DNA of 64,000 bases. It comes from a virus. Shown here piece after piece: positions 45,209-55,700 of the stretch. The notes beneath the pieces were generated by a model. The model saw only the letters and a list, made by a program, of their open reading frames with translations, was not told where the DNA came from and did no database searches. The position numbers and the translations under genes are program-made. The first letter of the stretch is position 1, and every line of letters starts with the position of its first letter. The stretch spans positions 1-64,000 of the IMG/VR virus record IMGVR_UViG_3300042905_003268, one strand, 5' to 3'.

Positions 45209-46521
45209 TACAAATACCTTAAGTGTATGTCTCCACGATTCGGAGTACCAGTCGGGCCGGAAGCACTAAATGTAATCTTATTTCCATCGGATGGAGAGTT
45301 AATTCCGTTCTTATACCTGTTTCTTATAGTTGCAGGAGTTTCAACAGTTTCACCATCAATTGTAAATGATCCACCATTATTGGTATCTATATTTACATCT
45401 TTTGATCTTAAAATAATGTTTCCCTGGGCACCAGCATCTATTAAAATTTTACCATCATTTCCCCCAAGAGCGCCTAAGGATCTAACCACAAAGTACTGGG
45501 GGAAATTAGATGAAGTCGGTTCCCATCCAACAGTAGCCCTTTGGTAATCTGTTTGATCTACCCATCTTATTTTTGCAGGATCTCCTCCACTTACTGCCTC
45601 TAATACAATATCTTTTCCATCCGTAGAAAGTAAAGAATAGGTCAAGGGGGCGCTTTCGGGCCAACCTGGAAGAACTTTTACAGTTGCGGCCCCACCCTCA
45701 ACAATAAGTCCAGTACTAGTTACTGTGCCCTTTATTGTTAATGATGTACTATCCCAATAAAATTTATCCTTTAATGAAAGTTTTCCAGTCGAATCGACAT
45801 AGAATGCTGTTTGAATATCACGATATCCACTACCTATTTCTCCTGTTGGGTTAACTCTCGTTCCAACATAAATCTGACCGCGTGGGGATGAATCATTAGA
45901 TTTAATAACTATTGGAACTAAAGTTCCTACACTAATTTGTTGATTAGCCTGCAGGGTTCCAGTTGTGATTTTATCTGCACTTAGATCAGAAATATATGCA
46001 TTAGCAAACATCGGAATGGCAGACGCCTGTGTAGTAGGTGAGGCAGAAGATCTTTGCCCACTCATATCTACTGCTATAACATAGAACCATCTACTGGCTG
46101 TTTCTCCTGGAGCATTTACTGAAAGAGTCCCTTCTGAATATGCTCCTAATCCTGGCCTAGTAGCCTTGACAGTACCTATTTGAGTACCACCAGAATTAGA
46201 ATCGGTGGTGCTTACATATACTTCAAAGTAGTCTATGTCTGCTTCTAGGTTTCCTCCGCCGTTTTTTGTTGCATCATGCCTAAATCTAACAGTTTGAGGA
46301 CCCATTGCTGATGCATTTCTAGAAGACTGTGTTGAAAGATCTGGAACAAATATCGTGGGCGCGGAGGGCTGAGATGGAGGATCTGTATCTCCTTTAACCT
46401 TTAATTTAAATAATTTAGACCAGTTACTATATGACCCATCTCTATATAATGCTCTTACTCTTATAGAATGATTGGAGTTAGGTTGTAACCCATCAATATT
46501 AAAAATTTTTTCCGTGGTCAT
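45208..46521 (-). CDS. Minor tail protein with FN3 domains
   Basis: GLQPNS...VRA...SNWS; ADKITTGTL. Confidence 0.8.
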   Translation of the reverse strand: MTTEKIFNIDGLQPNSNHSIRVRALYRDGSYSNWSKLFKLKVKGDTDPPSQPSAPTIFVPDLSTQSSRNASAMGPQTVRFRHDATKNGGGNLEADIDYFEVYVSTTDSNSGGTQIGTVKATRPGLGAYSEGTLSVNAPGETASRWFYVIAVDMSGQRSSASPTTQASAIPMFANAYISDLSADKITTGTLQANQQISVGTLVPIVIKSNDSSPRGQIYVGTRVNPTGEIGSGYRDIQTAFYVDSTGKLSLKDKFYWDSTSLTIKGTVTSTGLIVEGGAATVKVLPGWPESAPLTYSLLSTDGKDIVLEAVSGGDPAKIRWVDQTDYQRATVGWEPTSSNFPQYFVVRSLGALGGNDGKILIDAGAQGNIILRSKDVNIDTNNGGSFTIDGETVETPATIRNRYKNGINSPSDGNKITFSASGPTGTPNRGDIHLRYL

Positions 46522-47441
46522 ACAATTCTTACCCTATATTCTATATCTACTTCTATCCCAGGATTTTTCACGATATAGTCAGAAGAGGAGTTTCCTGATA
46601 CAGATCCAATTAATGATCTACTTACTAAAGAAAATAAAGGATCTATCTCATCGGCATCATTAATTCTTATAGCGTCAAGGCTCGCTGCTGCGGTAGAACT
46701 TGTGGATGATGCTGAAATAATAATCTTTGATATAGTGTTATTAAAATTATTATTAGTAAGATTTCCTAATTGTGTTGTAAAAATTTTATAACCAGTAGTA
46801 TTTGTTGGAAGAGTTACATTTATACTTTTAGATCCTGGAGAGGGCAACTGATCGTCCTGGAAGGTAATGGTGATGACTCTATTAGAGCCAGTAGCAGTAA
46901 CATTATAAAGTATTGATAATGTATCTAAACTAGAATACCCAGATAAATCAACTGTAGAATTGGTTTGAGCATAGGCAGAAGCATTAGAAATATTTAAATT
47001 TCTTGATCCAACCCTAGATGTAGAAGAGAACAGGGAAGAAGATAGGATAGCACCATTTGAGTCTGCCCAAGTTTCATCAAAGTTAACTAAAACTCTATCA
47101 TCAAATCCTTCTGAAGAAATATTTACTACAGATGAATATAACCCAATTTCATAAATTCTGCCATTGAATTCTGTAGGTAGCGTTCCACTAAGTATTAATT
47201 CATTATCCTCTACACTCTTTAAAAGAACTGGGACGCGAATTGATTCAAACTCTAGGGACCTGTCTGTTGCTGATGGAGCGGACGAATTGCTGGCTCCTAT
47301 TGATAGCGCCCCAGCCCAGTCTGAGACTCCTCCAGCCATATATGTTCTAATAATATGCATACCATCATTAGTGATAATATTTTTGCATTCCCCAACAAGT
47401 TTTTTATTATTATAAATAAAATATTTACCCTGCATTATCAA
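46518..47441 (-). CDS. Minor tail / baseplate protein
   Basis: NIITNDG...YMAG, D..LEFE..R, IYEIGL. Confidence 0.75.
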   Translation of the reverse strand: MIMQGKYFIYNNKKLVGECKNIITNDGMHIIRTYMAGGVSDWAGALSIGASNSSAPSATDRSLEFESIRVPVLLKSVEDNELILSGTLPTEFNGRIYEIGLYSSVVNISSEGFDDRVLVNFDETWADSNGAILSSSLFSSTSRVGSRNLNISNASAYAQTNSTVDLSGYSSLDTLSILYNVTATGSNRVITITFQDDQLPSPGSKSINVTLPTNTTGYKIFTTQLGNLTNNNFNNTISKIIISASSTSSTAAASLDAIRINDADEIDPLFSLVSRSLIGSVSGNSSSDYIVKNPGIEVDIEYRVRIV

Positions 47442-47826
47442 TCCTCGTTATCTGAACTTCTATACTAGACATTTCTTTATTAGTACTAATTGCCTTTGCA
47501 GTAACATCTACTACATACTCTCCATCAGAAGATATGTATAAATTTCCATATGCAAAATCTTCATCATAATCAAATTCTCCAGAGTCATTTAAAAATTTTA
47601 TAGATTCTATAGCCCCAGGATTTTTTGAACCATCTGGAGTAGGTATTAAGTCTTCTACATCAGGATCTACTTCAATTTCATCTGAATCACTAGATATCTG
47701 ATCTTTATCTAATAAAGATTCAATAGCGTCTTCTATTGAAGCATCTGTATACTGTCTCGCTTCTGCAAGAATTTGCTTTCTTAGTATTTCTAAATCTACT
47801 GGGTTTTTTCTTGTAAAATCACTCAT
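47425..47826 (-). CDS. Acidic tail-region protein
   Basis: ORF track; TGATAGAAT upstream. Confidence 0.65.
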   Translation of the reverse strand: MSDFTRKNPVDLEILRKQILAEARQYTDASIEDAIESLLDKDQISSDSDEIEVDPDVEDLIPTPDGSKNPGAIESIKFLNDSGEFDYDEDFAYGNLYISSDGEYVVDVTAKAISTNKEMSSIEVQITRIDNAG

Positions 47827-47854
47827 ATGGCACCAATACTATTCTATCATTAAA

Positions 47855-48418
47855 TTATATATTTAGATCAAAAACTTTCTTTACTGGTTTTAAAATTATT
47901 TCCGTACTCAAGCCTTTATCAAATTTTTGTTTTATTGATGATACTATCCAGTATTGTGTTTCTGGGAATTCTACCTTATATGTTTTTATTTTAATTTTTG
48001 CTAGATCTCCTACCTGTATCAATGGGTTTGGGGAGATTTTTAAAGATAAATTTTTGTAGTACATATCATAGTATGCACTTATTATATACAGACAATAATT
48101 TGCAATTTCTTCATTTTGTATCCAAACTGATTCTACATCCAGTTGGGCGTCAAAGGAGCCAAGTTCAAGGTCTTCTGAAACTTCATACGTTTCACCTTCA
48201 ATAATTGTAGAACCCTTAACTATCAGACCTCCTCCAGATATGTTATTTGAAGATCCGGCACTTAAATAAATAGTCTGATTGCTAGCATTTAATACTGCTA
48301 TTCTAGCATCTTGAGGAGTTCCGGCAACTATACTAGTGGCTATAGCGTCCTCTGGAACTTCTACAATTTCTTCTATCACAAGAATTTTATTGTATTTTTT
48401 ATTTTTAGTTTTAGCCAT
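47855..48418 (-). CDS. Tail-tip protein, C-terminal-type segment
   Basis: SVWIQ, NPLIQVGD...YWIVSSIKQ. Confidence 0.7.
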   Translation of the reverse strand: MAKTKNKKYNKILVIEEIVEVPEDAIATSIVAGTPQDARIAVLNASNQTIYLSAGSSNNISGGGLIVKGSTIIEGETYEVSEDLELGSFDAQLDVESVWIQNEEIANYCLYIISAYYDMYYKNLSLKISPNPLIQVGDLAKIKIKTYKVEFPETQYWIVSSIKQKFDKGLSTEIILKPVKKVFDLNI

Positions 48419-51400
48419 TAGAATTCGTCCTTGGTGTCAGAATTTCTCAAATCATTATTTATTTTAACTGAATTTGATTCATAACTGTACCCTAAAAATT
48501 TTGCAGTAGCATTTCCAGATATTGGAAAATCATTAAATTCTATATTTAGTATTTTAAGGCCACGGGCGACTGGGGCACCTGTCCAGATAAAGTTATCTTT
48601 ATTTAGTGGATTGTTTATAGAAAATTCTATATTCCTATTATATACAATTTGATTTAATAACGTATTCTTTCCTATGTAAAAAAGATTTCCGGCCTTTTCA
48701 TCATAAGAATAATCATTTTCTATATCATCAATATTATCATTATTTAGATTTCTTGGGTCTGATTTTGAAGTAAACGCAAAGTCATCCAGCCAGCCTCTTC
48801 CATATTCTAATGCCACAAAGCCAAAGGTGCTGTCCTTATCTATTTTTAATTTTACTTCGTGTCCCACATCTATTATTTTTTCTGTCTTTTTCTCTTCCTT
48901 ATCTTTCCCTTTTTTAATTTTTTGGAATATGCTGGTTGGACCGACATAAACTCTCATAGAATTTCTTGATGCATTAAAATTTACATACAATTCTATTTGT
49001 TCGTTTTCTTCGAATAGTGTTTCATCAAGTTCCATACGGCCCTTTGGAACTATATTGTTTATAGTTCCATTAACTATTTCTTGAATAAATAATTTTACCT
49101 CAGTTTTTTTATCTTTAGACTCTGTTCCAGTAAATATAAAAAGCCCATCTTTTATTTTTCCAGATTCTATATTTACACCTATTGCTGCACCTAAGTATCC
49201 ACTCTTATTTGCTGGTATATTACCTAATCCATACCTCATAAATAATTTTCTTTTACTTCCCACCGTATTATTTTTATTAGGAGTAATAATAATTCCACCA
49301 TTAGTTTTTTCAGAAATTAAACTTATTCTTCCATTAGATAATGAATACTTACCATCTGACTTATCCAAGGAACTTACATTATCGTACTTAGAGTCGAACT
49401 CTTTAGCGCTCCAGTCTTTTGGAGAATTAGCATTTACCGTAATATGTCTATCTGGGATAGTGCCAAATACCCCTCTCTCTACATTCATCAAATAGCCCGT
49501 GGGCTGGTAATAAATAGTTTTTGCTCCAAACCTGTCTGTGGCGTCAGAAATTATTGAAACTAGGTCTTCTCTATTCTTAATTATTGCTTTAAACGATTCT
49601 CCAGAATTATTAATTTCATTGTTAGATATATTTACTGGAGTGAATATATATTCTAATCCATCGTATTTAACAATTTCACTATCTATCAGAAGATACCCAT
49701 TAAAATCTATAGTTTTATTTATATACTTTAAATTATCTATATTAAATTTTATAAATTTTTGAGACTTAGATGTTATTCCTGGGGCCGATAGTTCAAAGTA
49801 GGGGAGTACCAGTCCTTCTTGTTCCGGCTCCCACACAATCTTACTAGTATTTTTTACCAAAGATCCGCTGCTGTCAGATAAAGTTTTTTTAACTTTCTTT
49901 CCTATTTTTGGCTGAGTGTAATATGGATATGGCTTTTTATATCTAAGAGTTATCTTTGAAGGTCTTTCATTTTCATCTATTAAGAATGATGCTAAATTGC
50001 TAGTAGAATTACTATCTGTAAAATCTTGAATATTAACTACATATTCATTTGACACATTATTTAATCTTCTATTTATATCGTATAAAGATGTAAAACGAAC
50101 TGCTCCAGTTTCATCTGCAAACATTGAAATTTGATAAACCTTGAATATATCATTCAAGGAGTCTGCTGCGGAATTATCTTTACTGCTCCAGTAATGATTT
50201 ATAGATTCTAGATTATTTACTAAATTGTTTTCAGAATTATCATTGCTAAAACTTTTTAATATTCTTAAATCTGATAATTCATTAGACATATAATCAGAAA
50301 AACCTATTGAATCTAAAATACTATATATCACTTCTTGTATTGTTTTCCCCTTTAGATATAGCGGTCTTGACAAGGTTGACTGCAGTCTTTTAATAATATC
50401 GTAGCATTCTACCTTTATAGTATTGTTAGATTCTGACCATAACTCAGAGTACATTACGAATGCCGGGACGGACGATTTAGTATTTGCTGGTCCAGAACCT
50501 GATAGGCTAGTATCTATATCGAAAAATCCGCGAAGTTTTACACCTCTTACTAGCATGTCTTTAAGTGGCGATCTTGACTGCTCACTACCAGATACATATA
50601 TAGATGCATAGTTGCTTATAGGAACAATATCATTAGTTTCGGATGTTTGTAAATCTGGATTAGATATTATTATTGGTATTTTACTAAAGTTTATTGTTGC
50701 TGAATTAGAAGATAAATTTCCTAGCGGTAGTGGAATAGAGTCGTCTGCTATTTCTTTATTTATAGAAAAATCTATTAAATAGTCTGATAAATCTAATGAT
50801 AGTCTAGGTGATATTTCTATAATATCTAGATAATTTAAATCAAATGCGGAGGTGCCACCCCTAATTTCATTATTACCAGATGAATAAGATAATGAATTTA
50901 TTTCAATCGCTATTGCTTTTATACTTACATATTTATCTATGTCTCCATTAGTTGAAGAAATTTTTGGATATGAATTATATGCCCATTGATTAGATGACCA
51001 TTGCGTTCCATTATAATATATTCTTAAAATTCCACTAGCATTAAATGATGCTGTTGCATGTGTTGCTATTTCTGTCCAGGCATTATTAATAAATGCTTTT
51101 ATAGAAAAATTAGATGGTTTATTTATGATAGAATTTACTTTTATCACAACGTTATTTGTTTTAAAATCTTTTTTATAAACACACCAAAATTTCTTACTGT
51201 CAGAGGAAGATCCAGACACATAGTAACTATTTGGGTTTCCTGCGTATGGAGCAACACTTCTTTGAATTCTAGAGAATCTTCTTGTGATAGCCCATCTCAT
51301 AGCCATATGAACATTAGTACATTGTTGAGGAAATGTTTCTGTTGAAGATAAATTAACATTTACTGGACCAGTTTCTAGCAGGAATTCTCCAGGTCTATCT

Positions 51401-52326
51401 GGCGAAAAGATATTTTTTACTGGCATTATATCTGAACAATAAATCTCATATGGAGATACTTTAAAAGCAAAAATTTGATCCACAAGAAGAGCGGCAACTT
51501 GTTCAGAATTAGTAGATATATCTATTCTTAATCTTACTTTATCTATATTAGAAGATAGTTTTGACTCATCTGGATTGGCAAAGTCTACAGATATAGTTTC
51601 CCAGTCTACTGCATTAACATTTATTCTTTTTGTAACTAGTTGAGTAAGAACTTCTTGATTATTCTTCATCCCGACCACAGTTAACACAACATCAAAATTT
51701 TCAGAATAACTACCTAATGGATTTTGTGATAATTGATAGTAGTAGTCAGACTTTAACATCATGTAAAATCTAACTCCATCAGAAGCATTTGCATTATAAT
51801 CTATATAATAAGAACTTTCTCCAACGGTTACAGATGCCCCTCTTACTGTTTTATCATTAATATTCTGTATAGAAGGATTATTTGTAGTATAAACAATTTT
51901 ACTTTTATCTGTTCCGGTTATAGTAGTAAACTTTCCATTAATATCATTAATATTTGTATCTACAAATATTTCTGATCCTATTCCTATGTTATTTTTAATA
52001 GGAGATTTTGTTTTTAATGTAACTACTCCAGATTGAATACTTATATTATTAATAGTTATTGATTGTTCATCATAATCTGAAATTAATAATTTACAGTTAG
52101 TATCGGACCCTATTGATGTAGATATTCCTCTATTTACTGATTGTGGTGCGGGGGTAGATCCTGACGAATTTATAGTTGTTATTTCACTAAATGTTGGAGG
52201 AGATGCAGTACCGTACATATATGGATTTGATATTGCATTAGCATTCCACTCTGCAAAAATTCGTGGCTTTATGTCCAAGGAGTTGGACTTTGCGATATGC
52301 TCTCTTAAAGTGCTGTCTCCAAGCAT
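48418..52326 (-). CDS. Large minor tail (tail-tip/hub) protein
   Basis: 1302 aa after distal-tail gene; PRIFAEWN.N, EISPRL, MFADETG. Confidence 0.8.
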   Translation of the reverse strand: MLGDSTLREHIAKSNSLDIKPRIFAEWNANAISNPYMYGTASPPTFSEITTINSSGSTPAPQSVNRGISTSIGSDTNCKLLISDYDEQSITINNISIQSGVVTLKTKSPIKNNIGIGSEIFVDTNINDINGKFTTITGTDKSKIVYTTNNPSIQNINDKTVRGASVTVGESSYYIDYNANASDGVRFYMMLKSDYYYQLSQNPLGSYSENFDVVLTVVGMKNNQEVLTQLVTKRINVNAVDWETISVDFANPDESKLSSNIDKVRLRIDISTNSEQVAALLVDQIFAFKVSPYEIYCSDIMPVKNIFSPDRPGEFLLETGPVNVNLSSTETFPQQCTNVHMAMRWAITRRFSRIQRSVAPYAGNPNSYYVSGSSSDSKKFWCVYKKDFKTNNVVIKVNSIINKPSNFSIKAFINNAWTEIATHATASFNASGILRIYYNGTQWSSNQWAYNSYPKISSTNGDIDKYVSIKAIAIEINSLSYSSGNNEIRGGTSAFDLNYLDIIEISPRLSLDLSDYLIDFSINKEIADDSIPLPLGNLSSNSATINFSKIPIIISNPDLQTSETNDIVPISNYASIYVSGSEQSRSPLKDMLVRGVKLRGFFDIDTSLSGSGPANTKSSVPAFVMYSELWSESNNTIKVECYDIIKRLQSTLSRPLYLKGKTIQEVIYSILDSIGFSDYMSNELSDLRILKSFSNDNSENNLVNNLESINHYWSSKDNSAADSLNDIFKVYQISMFADETGAVRFTSLYDINRRLNNVSNEYVVNIQDFTDSNSTSNLASFLIDENERPSKITLRYKKPYPYYTQPKIGKKVKKTLSDSSGSLVKNTSKIVWEPEQEGLVLPYFELSAPGITSKSQKFIKFNIDNLKYINKTIDFNGYLLIDSEIVKYDGLEYIFTPVNISNNEINNSGESFKAIIKNREDLVSIISDATDRFGAKTIYYQPTGYLMNVERGVFGTIPDRHITVNANSPKDWSAKEFDSKYDNVSSLDKSDGKYSLSNGRISLISEKTNGGIIITPNKNNTVGSKRKLFMRYGLGNIPANKSGYLGAAIGVNIESGKIKDGLFIFTGTESKDKKTEVKLFIQEIVNGTINNIVPKGRMELDETLFEENEQIELYVNFNASRNSMRVYVGPTSIFQKIKKGKDKEEKKTEKIIDVGHEVKLKIDKDSTFGFVALEYGRGWLDDFAFTSKSDPRNLNNDNIDDIENDYSYDEKAGNLFYIGKNTLLNQIVYNRNIEFSINNPLNKDNFIWTGAPVARGLKILNIEFNDFPISGNATAKFLGYSYESNSVKINNDLRNSDTKDEF

Positions 52327-52793
52327 CAGATCTCCGTAAATTCAGCAGATACGTTCCAGTAATCAAAGTTCCGGTATCTCTTGATGACATCAAAACCGAA
52401 GTCAGTCCAATACACTTGACATGTCTCATCTACTGGGGCTTCTGCATTATTTCTTTTATATCTTAAAGTTAAAGTAAGTGGACTATAACAATATAATTCA
52501 TAGTAAGCCTTCATTTTAGCAGCGTCAGCATTCCCGTCTGCCATCATTGTAGATACTGTAGGCATCATATCCCATGTACATGAAAAACCCTTTTTCTTAG
52601 AAATAATACTTTTTCTCATGGTTCCATCAGCCATTCTTTGAGAATTTTCTATTATTTCGTAGGAAACGCTAAGTGGCGATCTTGAATGATCGGATAAAGT
52701 TAGTTGACCATTATTTGGTGTTGATGTAGAGAATTCAGAGGCGGCCTTACCATTGGCTTGAAGTCTAATAATTGATGGAATTATAAATGTCAT
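52326..52793 (-). CDS. Distal-tail-like protein
   Basis: LSDHSRS...RMADGTMR...W; directly after tape measure. Confidence 0.75.
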   Translation of the reverse strand: MTFIIPSIIRLQANGKAASEFSTSTPNNGQLTLSDHSRSPLSVSYEIIENSQRMADGTMRKSIISKKKGFSCTWDMMPTVSTMMADGNADAAKMKAYYELYCYSPLTLTLRYKRNNAEAPVDETCQVYWTDFGFDVIKRYRNFDYWNVSAEFTEI

Positions 52794-55700
52794 ACTCTAG
52801 TTACCGCCCCAACCATTCTTTCTTTTCTTTTAAGTGATTTCATTACGGCTTCTGCTATATCATCAGGAGATGAATTAGTCCCTGCTACGTTTACATTTAT
52901 ATTATACTCTACATTAGAAATTGGAGAGGAATCATTATTCATTCCAAACTTCCTGGAAAGCATTCCACCATCTCCCATTCTTTGGACATATCCAGGATAC
53001 TTAGAAGAGAACATTCCTCCCATGGCTGCCTCTGGAAGTATACCCTTATTTACAGCATCCATAAAGTCTTTACCATAATGACTTACAGCACTTGCATTCA
53101 TTACATATTCGCCGTTGCTTATTAGTGCAAGAATATCGTCTGACGTTGGCCCACCCTTACCGTACACCTTCCCGCCCATCTTAAATTTAGCAGTCGGTAT
53201 TCCCATCCCAGCAATTGTTTCTGGTAAATATCTCTTTATTGCAGATCCGCCAGCACGCTGTCTGGCTCTATCCATTCCAGCGCCGTCAATTCCAGTAATT
53301 TGAGTTCCTAATGCTTCACTTCTAGCATGGAACATGCTTCCATTTCCTAGCGCCATGCCAACGTGATTAATTGGATTTGATGTATTTACCCCATTTGGAT
53401 AGTAGAAGAATAACAAGTCCCCAGGAAGCATATCGTTAACTCTTGATCCAGAACCACTTGAATATTGTGATGCAGATAATGATGGGTGACCTGGGTCTAC
53501 TCCAGCATAGGAATCATAGAGCCACTTAGTGGCAGTAGCGCATCCCCACCCGTTTGCTGGTCCATCTGCCCATGCTGCCCCAGATGAATATGGTGTTCCA
53601 ACAAATCTTCTCGCATAGTCAGATATACCTTCTCCTAGTACAGTAAGATTTTCTTTACCTACTCTGACTAGTCCACCTTCAGCAAATTTAAATGGGGCAA
53701 GTCCTTCTCCAGTTTTTATAGAAACTAGATCCATTCCCAATGAGTCCTGAAGATACTTAAGTAATTGTTTATTCTCTGAAGACATAGAATCAATCTTAGA
53801 TAGATCAAGTTGCCAGTAAGGTCCAACTCTTCTAAATCCAGATCCACTAAGCAATCTAGTTGGAGAAAGACCAATACTTTTAGCGTATCCAACTATCGAG
53901 TCATGATTATTTACAAAATCGTCGTGCTTTATTCTTCTAGGCATAAGAACATTTTCTGGGTCAAATGCTCTGTATGGTCTATCTGGAGAAATCTTTGTGT
54001 TTACTCCATGCTCAGTAACTACTTCTGCCCAGGCTGATTCTGGAATAAATTGTGCAAATTCGTCAGCCCAGCCAGTAGTTCCAAGAATCTGTGGCAAGTC
54101 TCCTACTGATATGTCTGTTGCCCAAATTCCTCTGCCAGCCCATCTTGAGAAAGATTTAGCAACATTTGGATCTGTTGTAGAGTATCCTCTAAAAACACCA
54201 TGAACATTTGATTGTTCGCTTCTAGTTAATCCTCTATATAGTCTAATTAAATCTGTGTCTGAAAGTCCATAGTTTTGTCTTGCATATACAGAGTTTACTG
54301 ATCTAATAAAGTCATGATCTAATAATGCTGTAGCCTTATCTGCAGATGTGCTAGTATCTTGTGCAGATATAGATGAATTCCTAACCTTTGACATAAACTC
54401 ATCAAACGTCATGTCTCCGACTGCTGGGCTTCCAGATGCTGAAAGTTCATCGTAAATAGACTTAAATCTCTTTGCCTGATTTGTGTCTCTAAGAATGTCT
54501 AGAACGCTCAATCCATGTTGATGCATTCTTGCTCCTGGATTTCCACCCATTGATGAACTATATGGTGGAGCATTGATTACATCTAGTTTTCTTACATTTC
54601 CATTCTCGTCAAATATCTTTCCAATAAGGTCTGCTTTTTCTGCTGGAGTAATAGAAGGCCATGCAGTTTCTACATAATCCTCAAAGTCCTGTCTAGACAT
54701 GCCTAGCATGTCTTCATAGTCCTTTGCTACAATATCTCTACTTGCTCTAGTTCCTGTGGCTCCAGCCTTTACACCTACTGGAATAAAACCGCTGGCCATG
54801 CTGCTGCTTCCCTTTCCGCCACCTGGGGCAAAGTCTAGCATGGAAGCAAGTAGTTCTGATCCTGAAGTATTTAGATAGTTGTCTCCACCAATAAGCGATC
54901 CGATAGAGGTTCTATTCCAATTTATTCTGTCTAAGAATGAATCTCCAGATCTTTCTGATCTCATAAATGGAGGAACAAATCCCCCAAGTAGAAGGTCGGT
55001 TGTTGATGCTGCAATATTTCTTAATATTTGCCATATACCACCAACCTCTTCACCAATTCCTGGAGAGTAAAATGGTTGTCTAGTCATAGACATTATTGAA
55101 GCATTTCTTAATGCTTTATTGTATAGTCCCTTCATTACACCGCTGCCACCGCTCTGTCTTGTAGCCTGTGTATTTGAATTACTATATCCACTAGTATATG
55201 TAGGTGTTCCACCAGAATATTGTGGTTTAGGCTTGTATCCACCAAGATACTTGTTACCGCTTGCTGCTGTTTCTGCACGGTCGGCAGAAACATATCCGCC
55301 AGTATAAAACTTTCTAGCATTAATTTGATCTAATAATTCTGTGCCATACTGACTAACACTAGAAGCCTTGATTACATATTCTCCATCAGAAAGTAGAGCA
55401 GGAATTTTATCTTCTGTTGGACCGCCTGGACCGCTTACATATCCACCAGTAGCATACTGTGGCATAGTGGAGGTAAACATTCCATCTGGAATTCCATCAA
55501 ACACCCTCTGCCATAGTGATCTTGCCCCACCATCATAAATCTTTGGATTTCCAGTAATTTGGAAGGTATAGTTAGTTAAATTAGTTTTAAGTATGTTATT
55601 AATTTCATCTACAGTTTCCTGCATTCTTGTGGTCATAGTGTTGTAGAAATTATCTGCAGCAGTCTTTACTTCTGCATCTATTACACCACTTATTCCATTT

